Assembly (NCBI GenBank): GCA_964016885.1
Contig: OZ024758.1
Span: 21,948,001 to 22,012,000 of the forward strand
DNA: 64,000 nucleotides
From: Eledone cirrhosa
Taxonomy: Eukaryota
Direction of reading: 5' to 3'
Shown: piece after piece, positions 25,492 to 39,923 of the stretch
Position numbering within the stretch: position 1 is the first letter of the stretch
Layout of the letters: every line of letters begins with the position of its first letter
Position numbers and translations under genes: made by a program
Notes under the pieces: model-generated
Told to the model about the DNA's origin: nothing
What the model saw: the letters and a program-made list of their open reading frames with translations, nothing else
Databases searched by the model: none

Positions 25492-25658
25492 AAGCAACCG
25501 TCTCCAACTGATACGGGCTGGATCCCAAAAGAGACCAGCCTATCTCAAGGATGTTATCCAACCATCTTGGTCGGGGTCTACCCCTGGGTCTTCTGCCGGT
25601 TGGTTTTGCCCTTAAAATCTGTCCAACGATTCTTTCCTGAGACATTCTAACCTCATGT
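25492..25658 (-). mobile_element. RTE/Rex3-like LINE 3' fragment
   Basis: RMSQERIVGQILRAKPTGRRPRGRPRPRWLDNI carries the RTE C-terminal motif and is homologous to 62595-62770. Confidence 0.85.
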
Positions 25659-25684
25659 TGTGTCTAGATTTGTATAGAATCTGA

Positions 25685-26010
25685 TGTGGAGAGCATGCGC
25701 AGTTCAGAAGTCACCCAACTGGTGTGGAGAGCATGCGCAGTTCAGACGTCACCCATCTGGTGTGGAGAGCATGCGCAGTTCAGACATCAGCCAGCTGGTG
25801 TGGAGAACATGCGCAGTTCAGACATCAGCCAGCTGGTGTGGAGAACATGCGCAGTTCAGACGTCACCCATCTAGTTTGGAGAGCATGCGCAGTTCAGACG
25901 TCACCCAACTGGTGTGGAGAGCATGCGCAGTTCAGACGTCACCCATCTGGTGTGGAGAGCATGCGCAGTTCAGACGTCACCCATCTGGTGTGGAGAACAT
26001 GCGCAGTTCA
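25685..26010. repeat. 38-bp minisatellite TGTGGAGAGCATGCGCAGTTCAGACGTCACCCATCTGG, ~8.5 copies
   Basis: Period 38, starting at 25685, 25723 and onward. Confidence 0.96.
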
Positions 26011-26129
26011 GTTGTTGTTGTTGTTGTTGTCGACTTCGTTGTTGTTGACGATGATGTTAATGATGATGATGATGACGATAATGTGTGGGGGGTGATGGCG
26101 GTGAGGGGGCATCACTAGCCGCGTCAGTT

Positions 26130-27246
26130 GGTGACAATGATGATGATAAATATGATGATAACGATGATAATGATGGTGACGATGATGATGATGACAATAA
26201 TAACGATGATGATGATGACAACGATGATGATGACAATGACGATGATGATGATGACAATAATAACGATGGTGATGATGATGATGATGATGATGACGACAAT
26301 GACAATGATGATGATGATGATGACGATGGTGACGATGGTGATTACAATGACGATGATGATGATGATGGTGATGACAATAATAACGATGACGATGATGATG
26401 ATGACAACGATGATGATGATGATGGTGACAATAATAACGATGATGATGATGACGACGATGATGGTGACAATAATAACGATGATGATGGTGATGACAATAA
26501 TAACGATGACGATGATGATGATGACAACGATGATGATGGTGATGGTGATGACAATAATAACGATGACGATGATGATGATGACAACGATGATGATGGTGAT
26601 GGTGATGACAATAATAACGATGATGATGATGACGACGATGATGATGACAATAACAACGATGATGATGATGATGGTGATGGTGATGACAATAATAACGATG
26701 GTGATGATGACGACGATGATGATGACAATAACAACGATGATGATGATGATGACGACGATGATGGTGATGGTGATGACAATAATAACGATGGTGATGATGA
26801 CGACAATGATGATGACAATAACAACGATGATGATGGTGATAATAATAACGATGGTGATGATGATGATGACGACGATGATGATGACAATAATAACGATGAC
26901 GATGATGATGATGACAATAATAACGATGATGATGATGATGATGATGACAATAATAACGATGATGATGGTGATGGTGACGATGATGATGATGACAATAATA
27001 ACGATGACGATGATGATGATGACAATAATAACGATGATGACGACGATGATGGTGACAATAATAACGATGATGATGGTGATGGTGATGACAATAGTAACGA
27101 TGGTGATGATGACGACGACGATGATGATGACAATAATAACGATGATGATGGTGATAATAATAACGATGATGATGATGACGACGATGATGGTGACAATAAT
27201 AACGATGATGATGGTGATGGTGATGACAATAGTAACGATGGTGATG
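26130..27246. repeat. Compound (GAT/GAC/AAT/GGT)n trinucleotide array
   Basis: Direct reading; GACAATAATAACGAT recurs as punctuation. Confidence 0.95.
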
Positions 27247-28329
27247 CTACAAACAGTATTTATGATTTCTAGTTAAGTGGAATATTGAATCGTGACAGCC
27301 TTAAGATAACACTGTAGTTATGTTGTTATGTTGATGATGATGATGATGATGTTTATTTTTTGTTGTTGTTGTTGTTGTTGTAGCTGTTGTTGTTGTTGTT
27401 GTTGTTTCATAATATTTTCTCTCTCTTGTTTTAACCCTATAAACAAATAATTCCTTCATACACATACACACACACACACACACACATACACTGATACACA
27501 TATATACACACACTGACACATTCATACATACATACATACATACATACATACATACATACATACATACATACATACATACATACATACATACATACATACA
27601 GACAGACATGTACATATACATACACCGATACACATATACTCACACACATACACACATATATATACACACTGACACATACATACATACACATATACAGACA
27701 TGTACACATACATACATACACACATACAGACATGTACACATACATACACCGATACATGTATACTCACACACATACACACACTGGCACATACATACATACA
27801 CACATACAGACATGTACACATACATACACCGATACACATACATATTCCGATACATATATACTCACACACATACACACATATATACACACACTGACACATA
27901 CATACATACACACATACAGACATGTACACATATATACACCGATACAAACATATATATATATATATACACACACTAACACACACACTAAAACACACACAAA
28001 CATACACACATATATACACACACTACGCCAACATCCCCGCTTACACCACTTCCCCCACCAAGATCCCTCAAACCAACGCCACCACCACCATCATCACCAG
28101 CGCAACAGATACCACAGACACCAACGCCACCATCACCATCATCAGCATCAACATCCCACTACCACTATCATCATATCATCACAAATACCACCGCCACCAA
28201 AAACATGTAACTCCGCCAACACTACCACCACCAACACCAACATCACCAATACCACTGACGCCAAGAAAACCAACGGCAACACCACCACCACTACCACCAT
28301 CAACAGCAGCACCAGCAATATCAACAACA

Positions 28330-28470
28330 GCATCAACAAAATAATAACACGACCAACAACAACAACAATATCAACAACATGACGACAACATCAACAACAA
28401 CAACATCAATAACAACAACAACGACACCACCACCAACAACAACAACGACGACACCACCACCAATAACAAC

Positions 28471-28502
<32 letters not shown>

Positions 28503-28942
28503 CAACACCAACAGCACCACCAACAACAACAAAAACAACGACACCACCAACAACACCAACAACAACAACACCAACAGCAACAACGACACCACCACCAATA
28601 ACAACACCACCCCCACCAACAACAACAACAACAACACCAACAACAACAACAACACCACCACCAACAACAACAACACCACCACCAATAACAACAACACCAC
28701 CACCAATAACAACAACAACGACACCACCATCATCAACAAAAACAACATCAACAAAAACAACATCAATAACAACAACAACAACAACACCAACAACATCGAC
28801 GACGACGACGACACCACCAACAACAACAACAACGACACCAACAACGACGACACCACCAACAACAACAACGACACTACCATCATCAACAAAAACAACAACA
28901 TCAATAACAACAGCGACGACACCACCAACAACAACAACAATA
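28330..28942. repeat. (CAA/CCA)n compound trinucleotide tract
   Basis: Direct reading. Confidence 0.92.
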
Positions 28943-29079
28943 ATGTCGTAAGATATCGATATTATTTGTAAACTGTAATGAAGGTGATTGTGATCGAGAT
29001 AATCACGAGAAAACATCGATAAATTAAAATGAACTGATGCTTTTTCATTATTTTCGTTATTGTTCATGTTGTTGCTTTC

Positions 29080-29800
29080 TTTATTTTATATTATATATAT
29101 TTTATATTATATATATTTTATATTATATTATATATATCTTATATTATACTATATATATTTTATATTATACTATATATATTTTATATTATATATTATTTAT
29201 ATATTTTATTTCATACTATATATATTTTATATTATACTATATATATTTTATATTATACTATATATATTTTATATTATATATTATTTATATATTTTATTTC
29301 ATACTATATATATTTTATATTATACTATATATATTTTATATTATACTATATATATTTTATATTATATATTATTTATATATTTTATTTCATACTATATATA
29401 TTTTATATTATACTATATATATTTTATATTATACTATATATTTTTTATATTATATATTATTTATATATTTTATTTCATACTATATATATTTTATATTATA
29501 CTATATATTTTTTATATTATATATTATTTATATATTTTATATTATACTATATATATTTTATATTATATATTTTATATTATATATTTTTTATTTTTTATTA
29601 TATATTTTTTATATATTTTATTTTATAATATTTTATATTATATTATATTATATATATATTTTATATTGTATTTTACATATTTTATAGATTTATTTTATAT
29701 CATATATATATATATTATATTACATTATATATATATTTTATATTATATTAAATATATATTTTATATATTTGATATTATATTTTTATATTTTATATATTTG
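29080..29800. repeat. AT-only minisatellite (TATATTTTATATTATACTATA units)
   Basis: Direct reading. Confidence 0.9.
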
Positions 29801-29941
29801 TTATTTTATAGATGTTGTTGTTGTTTTTGTTGTTGTGGTTGTTGTTGTTGTCATTGTTGTTGTTGCAATATTTTTGAAAGACGATATTTTTCCATTTAAG
29901 CCATTTGGTAAAATGGTATTAAGCTACGGTGAACATAGTTA

Positions 29942-30600
29942 TGTTGTTGATGGTGATGGTGGTGGTTGTTGTTGGTGATAGTGGTGTTGTTGTTGTTGGT
30001 GGTGGTGGTGTTGTTGTGTGTTTTGTTGTTGTTGGTGGTGTGGTGTTGTTGTTGTTGGTGTTGTTGGTGGTGGTGTTGTGTGTTTTGTTGTTGTTGTTGT
30101 TGTTGGTAGTAGTGGTGGTGGTGGTGATGTTGGTGGTGGTGGTGGTGGTGTTGGTGGTGTTGTTGTTGGTGGTGGTGGTGGTGATGTTGGTGGCGGTGGT
30201 GTTGTTGGTGGTGGTGTTGTTGATGGTGGTGTTGTTGTTGGTGGTGGTGGTGTTGTTGGTGATGGTGGTGGTGGTGGTGGTGTTGTTGGTTGTGTTGTTG
30301 TCGTTGTTGTTGGTGGTGGTGGTGGTGATGTTGTTGGTGGTGGTGGTGATGGTGTTGTTGGTCGTGTTGTTGGTCGTGGTGGTGGTGTTGTGTGTGGTGT
30401 TGTTGTCGTTGTTGGTGGTGGTGGTGGTGATGTTGTTGTTGGTGGTGGTGTTGGTGGTGGTGATCGTGTTGGTGGTGGTGGTGATGGTGTTGATGTTGTT
30501 GTTGGTGGTGGTGTTGATGATGATGGTGGCTGTGATTGTGGTGGTGGGGGAGGGAGGTTGTGGTGGTGGTGGTGGTGGTGGTGTTGGTAGTGGTGGCGTC
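29942..30600. repeat. (GTT/GGT)n compound trinucleotide tract
   Basis: Direct reading. Confidence 0.92.
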
Positions 30601-30683
30601 AGTGGCATTGGTTATGGTGATGGTGGCGTCGATGTTATTGTTGGTGGAGGTGATGCCATATATATATGTTTTATTATTTGTAA

Positions 30684-30857
30684 TATCAGTAGAGAGTCGG
30701 ACGCCATGCTTTCCAGCATAGTTACGTCCCTTTACGATCTGTGTTCAAATCCCGCCGAGGTTGACTTTGCCTTTCATCCTTACGGGGTCGATAAAATAAA
30801 GTACCAGTAATGCACTGGGTAATTGCTGGCCTTGTACCTAAAGTAGAAACAATTATT
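30684..30857 (+). mobile_element. SINE family A with 9-bp TSD
   Basis: Consensus match; ATTATTTGT at 30673-30681 and 30852-30860. Confidence 0.92.
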
Positions 30858-31330
30858 TGTGTATGGTTGCTCTCAGAGTTTTTCACTAGTTGCCAGATCC
30901 ATCTGAATCTTCTGTGTATATCTATATTGTGTGTATATTGTGTATATACAGTATATACCATGTCTATCTATACTGCGTCTATATTATGTATAACTATAGC
31001 ATGTCTATCTATATTGTGTCTATATTGTGTATATACAGTATATACCATGTCTATCTATACTGCGTCTATATTATGTATAACTATAGCATGTCTATCTATA
31101 TTGTGTCTATATTGTGTATATATATACCATGTCTATCTATATTGTGTATATATATACCATGTCTAGCTATATTGTGTCTATTTATATTACCAGGTCCATT
31201 CTAATCTATTGTGGCTATCTATATTGTGCAAAAACTTTCGATCAACTGATTTTATTGGTATTATCTCCCTTGTTTGTTTCGTAGGTTTTATAAACGTCTA
31301 GTAAAGAGTTTATGTCAGTTAATTGCCTAA

Positions 31331-31519
31331 ATAATTGTTTCTACTTTTGGCACAAGGCCATCAATTACCCAGTACATTACTGGTACTTTATTTTATCGAC
31401 CCCGTAAGGATGAAAGGCAAAGTTAACCTCGGCGGGATTTGAACTCAGACTGTAAAGGGAGGACGTAACTATGCTGGAAAGCATGGCGTCCGACTCTCTA
31501 CCGATACTGCCAATCCGCC
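31331..31519 (-). mobile_element. SINE family A with 12-bp TSD
   Basis: Reverse complement of the consensus; GCCTAAATAATT at 31325-31336 and 31517-31528. Confidence 0.92.
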
Positions 31520-31653
31520 TAAATAATTTCAGTTGATCGATGTTTATCAACTCACTATATGACATACGTATGTGGCACTTCACTATAGTTTTATTTAGTA
31601 TGCAGAACGCATCCCTGGGTTTTTTATTTGTTTTGTTTTTTTTTGTTTTGTTT

Positions 31654-31730
<77 letters not shown>

Positions 31731-31916
31731 AGCAATAATACTGTTTTCATTACAATCACTATATCTCTATCTATGCTGATGGTGATTGTGGTGGTGATTG
31801 TGGGGATGTTGGAGATGGGAGTGGAGATAGGGGAGGGCTACTAACAACCCCCACCACCATCTCCCCATCACTCTTTTGCTGTTAAGCCATTTTAATTTAT
31901 TCTGTAAGGCATCAAA

Positions 31917-32053
31917 TGGAGATTTGTCAGAGTCATTAAAACCTTGGATAAAATACTTTATGGTATTCGTTCCGGATTTCTGCTCTCTGAGTTCAAATCC
32001 TGGCGAGGTCAACTTTGCCTTTCATCCAATCGGGGTCGATAAAATAAGTACCA
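31917..32053 (+). mobile_element. Older SINE sharing the family A central domain
   Basis: CTGAGTTCAAATCC...GAGGTCAACTTTGCCTTTCATCCAATCGGGGTCGATAAAATAAGTACCA with a different head. Confidence 0.8.
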
Positions 32054-32136
32054 CTCCAATACTGGTACTTATTCTTTGGTGATGGTGGTGATGTTGTTGT
32101 TGGTGGTGGTGGTGGTGGTGGTGTTATTGTTGGTCG

Positions 32137-32201
<65 letters not shown>

Positions 32202-32436
32202 CATCCTTCTCTGGAAGAAATCTGCTGTGTTCAGGCCTGGAGAGGGATGGGCTCCACCAGGCTTAAAATGTCAAAGAAACACTGTATTTCAATATGGCGC
32301 CCCTATTACTCCAGCAGAGGTTATGGGTCCATAACATATCATACCATTCTATACCATAGTATACCATTTTGTTACGTATACACTACTACACTGCTAGTTG
32401 CGATTCTATTTCTGTCTTACATTTTTTACTCATTAC

Positions 32437-32471
<35 letters not shown>

Positions 32472-32619
32472 CCTCTCTCCCTCTCTCTCTCCCTCGCCAT
32501 TACATCTCATTTTCCAGTAATGATGATTTGAAAAAGTGAGGATTGTTTTCATGCGTTCTAGCTCACAATTTACTGACAACCTCACAGCACTATCTGACAA
32601 CCACACAACACATTTGGAC

Positions 32620-33063
32620 GACCACACACTATACTAACAACCACACACCACACAACACCATTGGACACCAGTAGACCACCACACACAATACTAACAACAC
32701 TATTGGACAGCCCCACAATTCCCTAACAACTATACAACACTATTAGACAACCAAACAACACCATTGGACACCACACATCCACTAACAACCACACACCACC
32801 ATTAGATACCACACAACACCATTTAACAACCACTAACAGCCACACAACACCATTAGACACCACACAACACCATTTAACAACCACTAACAGCCACCCAACA
32901 CCATTAGACACCACACAACACCATTTAACAACCACTAACAGCCACACAACCACTACCAGCCACACAACACCATTAGACACCACACAACGCCACTTAACAA
33001 CCACTAACAACCACACAACACCATTAGACACCACGCAACACCATTAGACACCACACAACACCA
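32620..33063. repeat. ~51-bp CA-rich minisatellite (CACCATTAGACACCACACAACACCATTTAACAACCACTAACAGCCACACAA)
   Basis: CCATTAGACACCACACAAC recurs. Confidence 0.85.
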
Positions 33064-33582
33064 GAATATTCCAGAAGTTTACCCTTCATTTAATTAGTTT
33101 TTTTTTTTATATTTTATATCTTTCTTTCTTATTTGTTTTATTTTGTTTTTCTCTCCTTTTCTTCTTTATCTTTTCTATTTGTTTGTTTCTTGTCGTTCGG
33201 TGTTTTTAATCTTCAAGATCGTATTAATTTTAAATCCTTAGTCGTCATCATTAGATTATTAACACTTTGCCAAACACTTTATTTCTGTGTCTCAGTATTT
33301 CTCTCGTCGTTCTATCTCTTCCTGTTTGTCTCTGCGGCTCTGTCTCTCCTTCTCTTTCTCTACTTCTCTCTCTCTCTTTCTATCTCTCCTTCTCTATTCC
33401 TTTCTCTTTTCTCTCTTTCTCTCTATCTCTCTCTCTCTCTTTTTGTCTGTCTGTCTCTGTCTCTCTCCTTCTCTATTCCTTTCTCTTTTCTCTCTTTCTC
33501 TCTATCTCTCTCTCTCTCTTTTTGTCTGTCTGTCTCTGTCTCTCTCCTTTTCTATTCCTCCCTTGCTCTATCTCTCTCTATC

Positions 33583-33615
<33 letters not shown>

Positions 33616-33683
33616 CTATATATATACATGTATATATATGTATATATATATATATATACGTATACACACATTCATACACACAC

Positions 33684-33731
<48 letters not shown>

Positions 33732-34131
33732 TCACACATAAAAGCCAGAAAGGACCACTCAATACGTTTCATAGAGTTTTATATATATATTTGTTTTGTT
33801 GTGGACAATTACTTCTCTGTCTGAAGTTTCTGATATTATTAGACACCATTTTAGGTACTGGCAAGAAAAGATGATATGGCTCTTTAAGCACAGCTTCGAT
33901 TCCGAAATTGACGAGGGGCTCAAATCTTTACTCATTTAACAGCCAATTGTGTTAGTTATGTTTCTCTCATTACGGCATCTTGAGCAGATTGGCGTTATGT
34001 CAGGTTACCTACTTCGGTGATAACCTTCTAATGCTTAAAGTCGTCTGCAGCCAAAATATATATTTAGCTGTTTGATGATATTTGGGATGTCGGTTCTGTA
34101 AACTCTAAAGGGAAGCGAACTCAACAGTTGA

Positions 34132-34422
34132 GCTTCAGTAGATTATCTCGGCTCAATACTTGGAGTTCCTTGGAGAGTATTACTAAAGGCTTTTGTTAGG
34201 CTTCAGTAGATTATCTCGGCTCAACTTTTGGCATTCCCCGGAGATCATTACTCAAGGCTTTAGCTGGGCTTCAGTAGATTATCTCGGCTCAATATTTGGA
34301 GTCCCTAGGAGATCACCACTAAAGGCTTTTGCTGGGCTTCATTAGATTATCTCGCCTCAACTTTTGGAGTTCCTTGGAAAGCACTACTAAAGGCTTCAGT
34401 TGGGCTTCAGTAGATTATCTCG
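34132..34422. repeat. 68-bp minisatellite, ~4.3 copies
   Basis: GCTTCAGTAGATTATCTCG at 34132, 34200, 34268, 34336 and 34404. Confidence 0.92.
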
Positions 34423-34887
34423 ATCACTGCAATTTAGGTTCTGATTACCAGGAAACACCTAATCAGTTTTTCACAGACTGTATATATACCTATACTAATA
34501 GATAAATGGACATCTATTAGTCTAGCTTATCTATATACCTTTCGTCTTCTATTTACCCACTTATCTGTGAAGGTATGTGGCTTAATCTTTCCATCCCTCT
34601 CTATCTATCTATATCCTTCCATCTTTGTATCTATCTATCGATCTCCCCCTCCCTCTCTCTCTCTATCTATCTATCCATCTATCTCCCCCTCTCTCCCTCT
34701 CTATCTATCTCCCCTCTCTCTCTCTATGTAAATATATCTCTTCCTATCTTTCTTCGTCTCTTCAATTCTCTTCTTTTTTCTCTCCTTCCGATTCTCTATC
34801 TCTTTATCTCAGCCGTTTATCTGTGTGTGTGTATCTGTGTGTATATGTGTGTATGAGGATGTGTATGTCTGTGTGCATATTACACAT

Positions 34888-34948
<61 letters not shown>

Positions 34949-35134
34949 CGTATATATATATATATATATCGCTCACTCTCCCTCTCCCAACATCATTCTC
35001 ACCCTCCTCTGTTTCTCAATCTCTATTTCTCTCTCTCTCCCTCTCTCTCAGTCTATTTGCTCTTTCTAGAAAAATGTTTCTAAATAGAAATCAATAGAGT
35101 CTCTTTATATCTTCGTAGATGGGTTAATTCAGGC

Positions 35135-36300
35135 ATAGTATAGTCTACAGCTGTTAGTATATGTCAAGTATAGTGTAGTATAGTCTATAGCTGTTAGTAT
35201 ATCTCAAGTATAGTGTAGTATAGTATATAGCTGTTAATATATGCCAGGTGTAGAGTAGTATAGTCTATAGCTGTTAGTATATGTTGTATAGTATATAGCT
35301 GTTAGTATATGTAGTATAGTATATAGCTGTTAATATATGTCAGGTGTAGAGTAGTATAGTCTATAGCTGTTAGTATATGTAGTATAGACTATAGCTGTTA
35401 GTATTTGTAGTATAGTATATAGCTGTTAGTATATGTCAGGTGTAGTGTAGTATAGTATATAGCTGTTAGTATATGTCAGGTGTAGTGTAGTATAGTATAT
35501 AGCTGTTAGTATATGTCAAGTGTAGTGTAGTATAGTCTATAGCTGTTAGTATATGTCAGGTGTAGTGTAGTATAGTCTATAGATGTTAGTATATGTCAGG
35601 TGTAGTGTAGTATAGTATATAGCTGTTAGTATATGTCAAGTGTAGTATAGTATAGTCTATAGTTGTTAGTATATGTCAAGTATAGTGTAGTATAGTCTAT
35701 AGCTGTTAGTATATGTTAGGTGTAGTATAGTGTATAGCTGTTAGTATATGCCAGGTGTAGTGTAGTATAGTATATAGCTGTTAGTATATGTCAGGTGTAG
35801 TGTAGTATAGTCTATAGCTGTTAGTTTATGTAGTATAGTATATAGCTGTTAGTATATGTCAGGTGTAGTGTAGTATAGTCTATAGCTGTTAGTATATGCC
35901 AGGTGTAGTGTAGTATAGTCTATAGCTGTTAGTTTATGTAGTATAGTATGTAGCTGTTAGTATATGCCAGGTGTAGTGTAGTATAGTCTATAGCTGTTAG
36001 TTTATGTAGTATAGTATATAGCTGTTAGTATATGTCAGGTGTAGTGTAGTATAGTCTATAGCTGTTAGTTTATGTAGTATAGTATATAGCTGTTAGTATA
36101 TGTCAGGTGTAGTGTAGTATAGTCTATAGCTGTTAGTATATGCCAGGTGTAGTGTAGTATAGTATATAGCTGTTAGTATGTGTCAGGTGTAGTGTAGTAT
36201 AGTCTACAGCTGTTAGTATATGTCAGGTGTAGTGTAGTATAGTCTACAGCTGTTAGTATATGTCAAGTATAGTGTAGTATAGTCTATAGATGTTAGTATA
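35135..36300. repeat. 39/27-bp minisatellite TAGTATAGTCTATAGCTGTTAGTATATGTCAGGTGTAGTG
   Basis: AGCTGTTAGT recurs about 30 times with long and short unit variants. Confidence 0.95.
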
Positions 36301-36332
36301 TAGATAGATAGAAAAATATATAGATAGGTGGG

Positions 36333-36392
<60 letters not shown>

Positions 36393-36608
36393 AATCGAAC
36401 ATCCTAACATCTTATGTCATTCACTTGTATATTTCTGTCTCTTTCTGCTTGAGTTATGAGAAACAAACAAACAAAGAAATGTAGAAATGACTCCATCTTG
36501 TATAACACCGAAATCGTATCACTTCTTGAGGGAATCAAGTCTGTTTCAGATGTGGAGTAACATGGCGTCTTACTAAGGTTACCACTGATAGTATAAACCT
36601 TAATATTT

Positions 36609-36649
<41 letters not shown>

Positions 36650-36682
36650 CTTCATTTTTTAATTTGACCCTCCCAAAGTAAA

Positions 36683-36741
<59 letters not shown>

Positions 36742-37410
36742 ACATTCACACACATACACAAACACATACACAAATAAATATATCACATATATCACATACA
36801 CACGCATATACTTACACATATAAGCATATACACATACATACACACAAATGTGTCACATACACACACACATATATCATATACACACATATATATATATACA
36901 CCTACACGCCTACACAGACACACACATATATAAACACACATATATAAACACACATACACACACACACACACACTCATATATACTCATAGATATGCACACT
37001 TACAGAGAGGGGCAGAGAGAGGGAGAAAGGGAGAAAGTGTATGTGAGAAAGAGAGAGGAAGAGTGGGTGTATGGGTGAGAGAGAGAGAGAAAGTGTGTGT
37101 GTGAGAGAAAGAGAAAGAGTGTGTGTGTGAGAGAGGGGGGGTGAGAGAGAGGATGAGGAGAGAGAGAGGGGAGAGAGAGAGAGAGAGAGAGAGTTTGTGT
37201 GAGAGAGGGGGAGAGGAGAAGGAGTGTGAGGTGTGTGTGAGAGAGAGAGAGAGAGAGGGTGAGGACAGAGGGAGAGATACAGAATGAGGAAGAGAGACAG
37301 AGAGAGATAGAGAGAGAGAAAGAGTGTGTGAGAGAGAGAGAGAAGAGGTGTGTGTGAGAGAGAGAGGGTGAGGAGAGAGAGATACAGAGAGGGGAGAGAG
37401 AGAGAAAGAG

Positions 37411-37458
<48 letters not shown>

Positions 37459-37470
37459 AGGAGTGTGAGA

Positions 37471-37517
<47 letters not shown>

Positions 37518-37933
37518 GAGTACAGTGAGAGAGATACAGAATGGGGGAGAGAGACAGAGAGAGAGATAGATAGAGAGAGAAAGAGTGTGTGAAAGAGAGA
37601 GAGAGAGAGAGAGAAGAGGTGTGTTAGGTGTATGTGAGAGAGAGAGGGTGAGGAGAGAGAGACATACAGAGAGAGGGGGAGGGAGAGAGAGATAGATAGA
37701 TAGAGAGAGAGAGATGTCTACGGTACCATCTTATCTTTGTTTACATCAATTTAGTTTTACAGAAGGTTTTACCCTGTTATACTTCACATTGAACGATCAA
37801 CAGATCATATACACACATATATATATACACACTGAAATATATACATGAATATGTCTCTATATACATATATATATAGAGAGAGAGAGAGAGAGTGAGAGAG
37901 AGAGAGAAATGCATATATATATTTATGTATTTA

Positions 37934-37975
<42 letters not shown>

Positions 37976-38148
37976 TATATATATATATATATATATACAG
38001 TATATACACACACATATATATATATATGTGTATATATATATGCATATGTATATACGTACATGCATATTTATATATTATACATCTATACATACATATATAT
38101 ATACATATATACATACATATATATATATGTGTGTGTGTGTATATATAA

Positions 38149-38185
<37 letters not shown>

Positions 38186-38324
38186 ATATATATGTATGTA
38201 TATATATATATATACATGTATATATATATGTGTATATATATGTATATATATATATATACATGTATATATATATCTGTATATATATGTATGTATATATATA
38301 TATATACATGTATATATACATGTG

Positions 38325-38419
<95 letters not shown>

Positions 38420-38810
38420 GTATATATATATATATATATACACACATGTATATATACATGTGTATGTATATATATATATATATATATATCTGTATGTATG
38501 TATATACATGTATATATATATACATGTGTATATGTATGTATATTTATATATACATGTATATATGTACATATGTTTATATGTATATATATATATATGTACC
38601 CAGCATTAAAAAACCTCACCTTTATGGAACATCAATCAATCTACTGCAAATGAAAGGCAATGTTCGATTTATGTGGCGCCAATAACCCTATGGTCAGGTT
38701 TTCATTTCGTTTCGTATGTTTTTTAGATGAGTTTTTTTTTTAAATTCTCTTTTTCATTCTCTTTTCCTTTCTTTTTAGTTTTTATCTCTGTCTATTTCAT
38801 TTATTTTTAA

Positions 38811-38846
<36 letters not shown>

Positions 38847-39052
38847 TATTATTATTATTATTATTATTATGTGGTTGTTTATATTTGATTATTGTTTTTT
38901 TTATTTTTTTCGTTTGAATTAATGTTTATCTAGAAAGTATATTCCTTAAAACATAGATAATCGACTTTTTTTCCCAAACTAAGACAAGGCCACAAACTTC
39001 TTGCTACCGTGAAATAACTGAAAGCATTTTTACGTGACTTTTTTTCTCTCTC

Positions 39053-39114
<62 letters not shown>

Positions 39115-39288
39115 CATTCCCTGCCCCCACCTCTTCTCTGTATCTATCTATCTATCTATTCATTCCCTGCCCGCTCTTTCCTATCTCTATCTATTTATCC
39201 ATTCCCTCACCACCACCCCCTCCCTCCACCCTCTCTCTCTCTCTCTCTCTATTTATTTATCTATCTGTCTATCTATTTATCTGTTTAA

Positions 39289-39320
<32 letters not shown>

Positions 39321-39497
39321 CTGTTTCTCTCTATTTCTATCTTTCCCTCTTCTACTCGTTCGCTGTCTCTTCTCTGATCTCTATCTCTTTCCCTCTAACT
39401 TTATCTCTGTCTATTTATCTACCACATAATCAAATAATCAATCTCTCTCTCTCTTTCCCTCTCTCTCTCTTCCTCTCTCTCTCTCTCTCTCTCTCTC

Positions 39498-39533
<36 letters not shown>

Positions 39534-39574
39534 TGTCTCTCCCTCCCTCTCTCTCTCTATATATATACACAGAC

Positions 39575-39607
<33 letters not shown>

Positions 39608-39669
39608 TATATATATATACACACACATATATATATATACATATACACATATATATATAATATATATAC

Positions 39670-39739
<70 letters not shown>

Positions 39740-39795
39740 CATCCTGTCTCATCTCTCTCTGCAGTTATATACCCCGCAATCTTATACTCTCCACT

Positions 39796-39829
<34 letters not shown>

Positions 39830-39878
39830 CCCTCTCTCCCCATCTCTCTCTTTCTGTCTCTCTCTCTCTCTATCTATC

Positions 39879-39923
<45 letters not shown>

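Noticed and set aside
26085-27272. 395-aa Asp/Asn-rich ORF resembling acidic biomineralisation proteins
   Set aside because: GAC, AAT and GGT are the single-transition variants expected of a (GAT)n tract, and other frames are equally open. There is no signal peptide or splice support. Only RNA-seq or proteomics could rescue it.
28379-30810. Mucin-like Thr/Pro and Val/Gly-rich ORFs
   Set aside because: These are translations of (CAA/CCA)n and (GTT/GGT)n tracts that are open in multiple frames.
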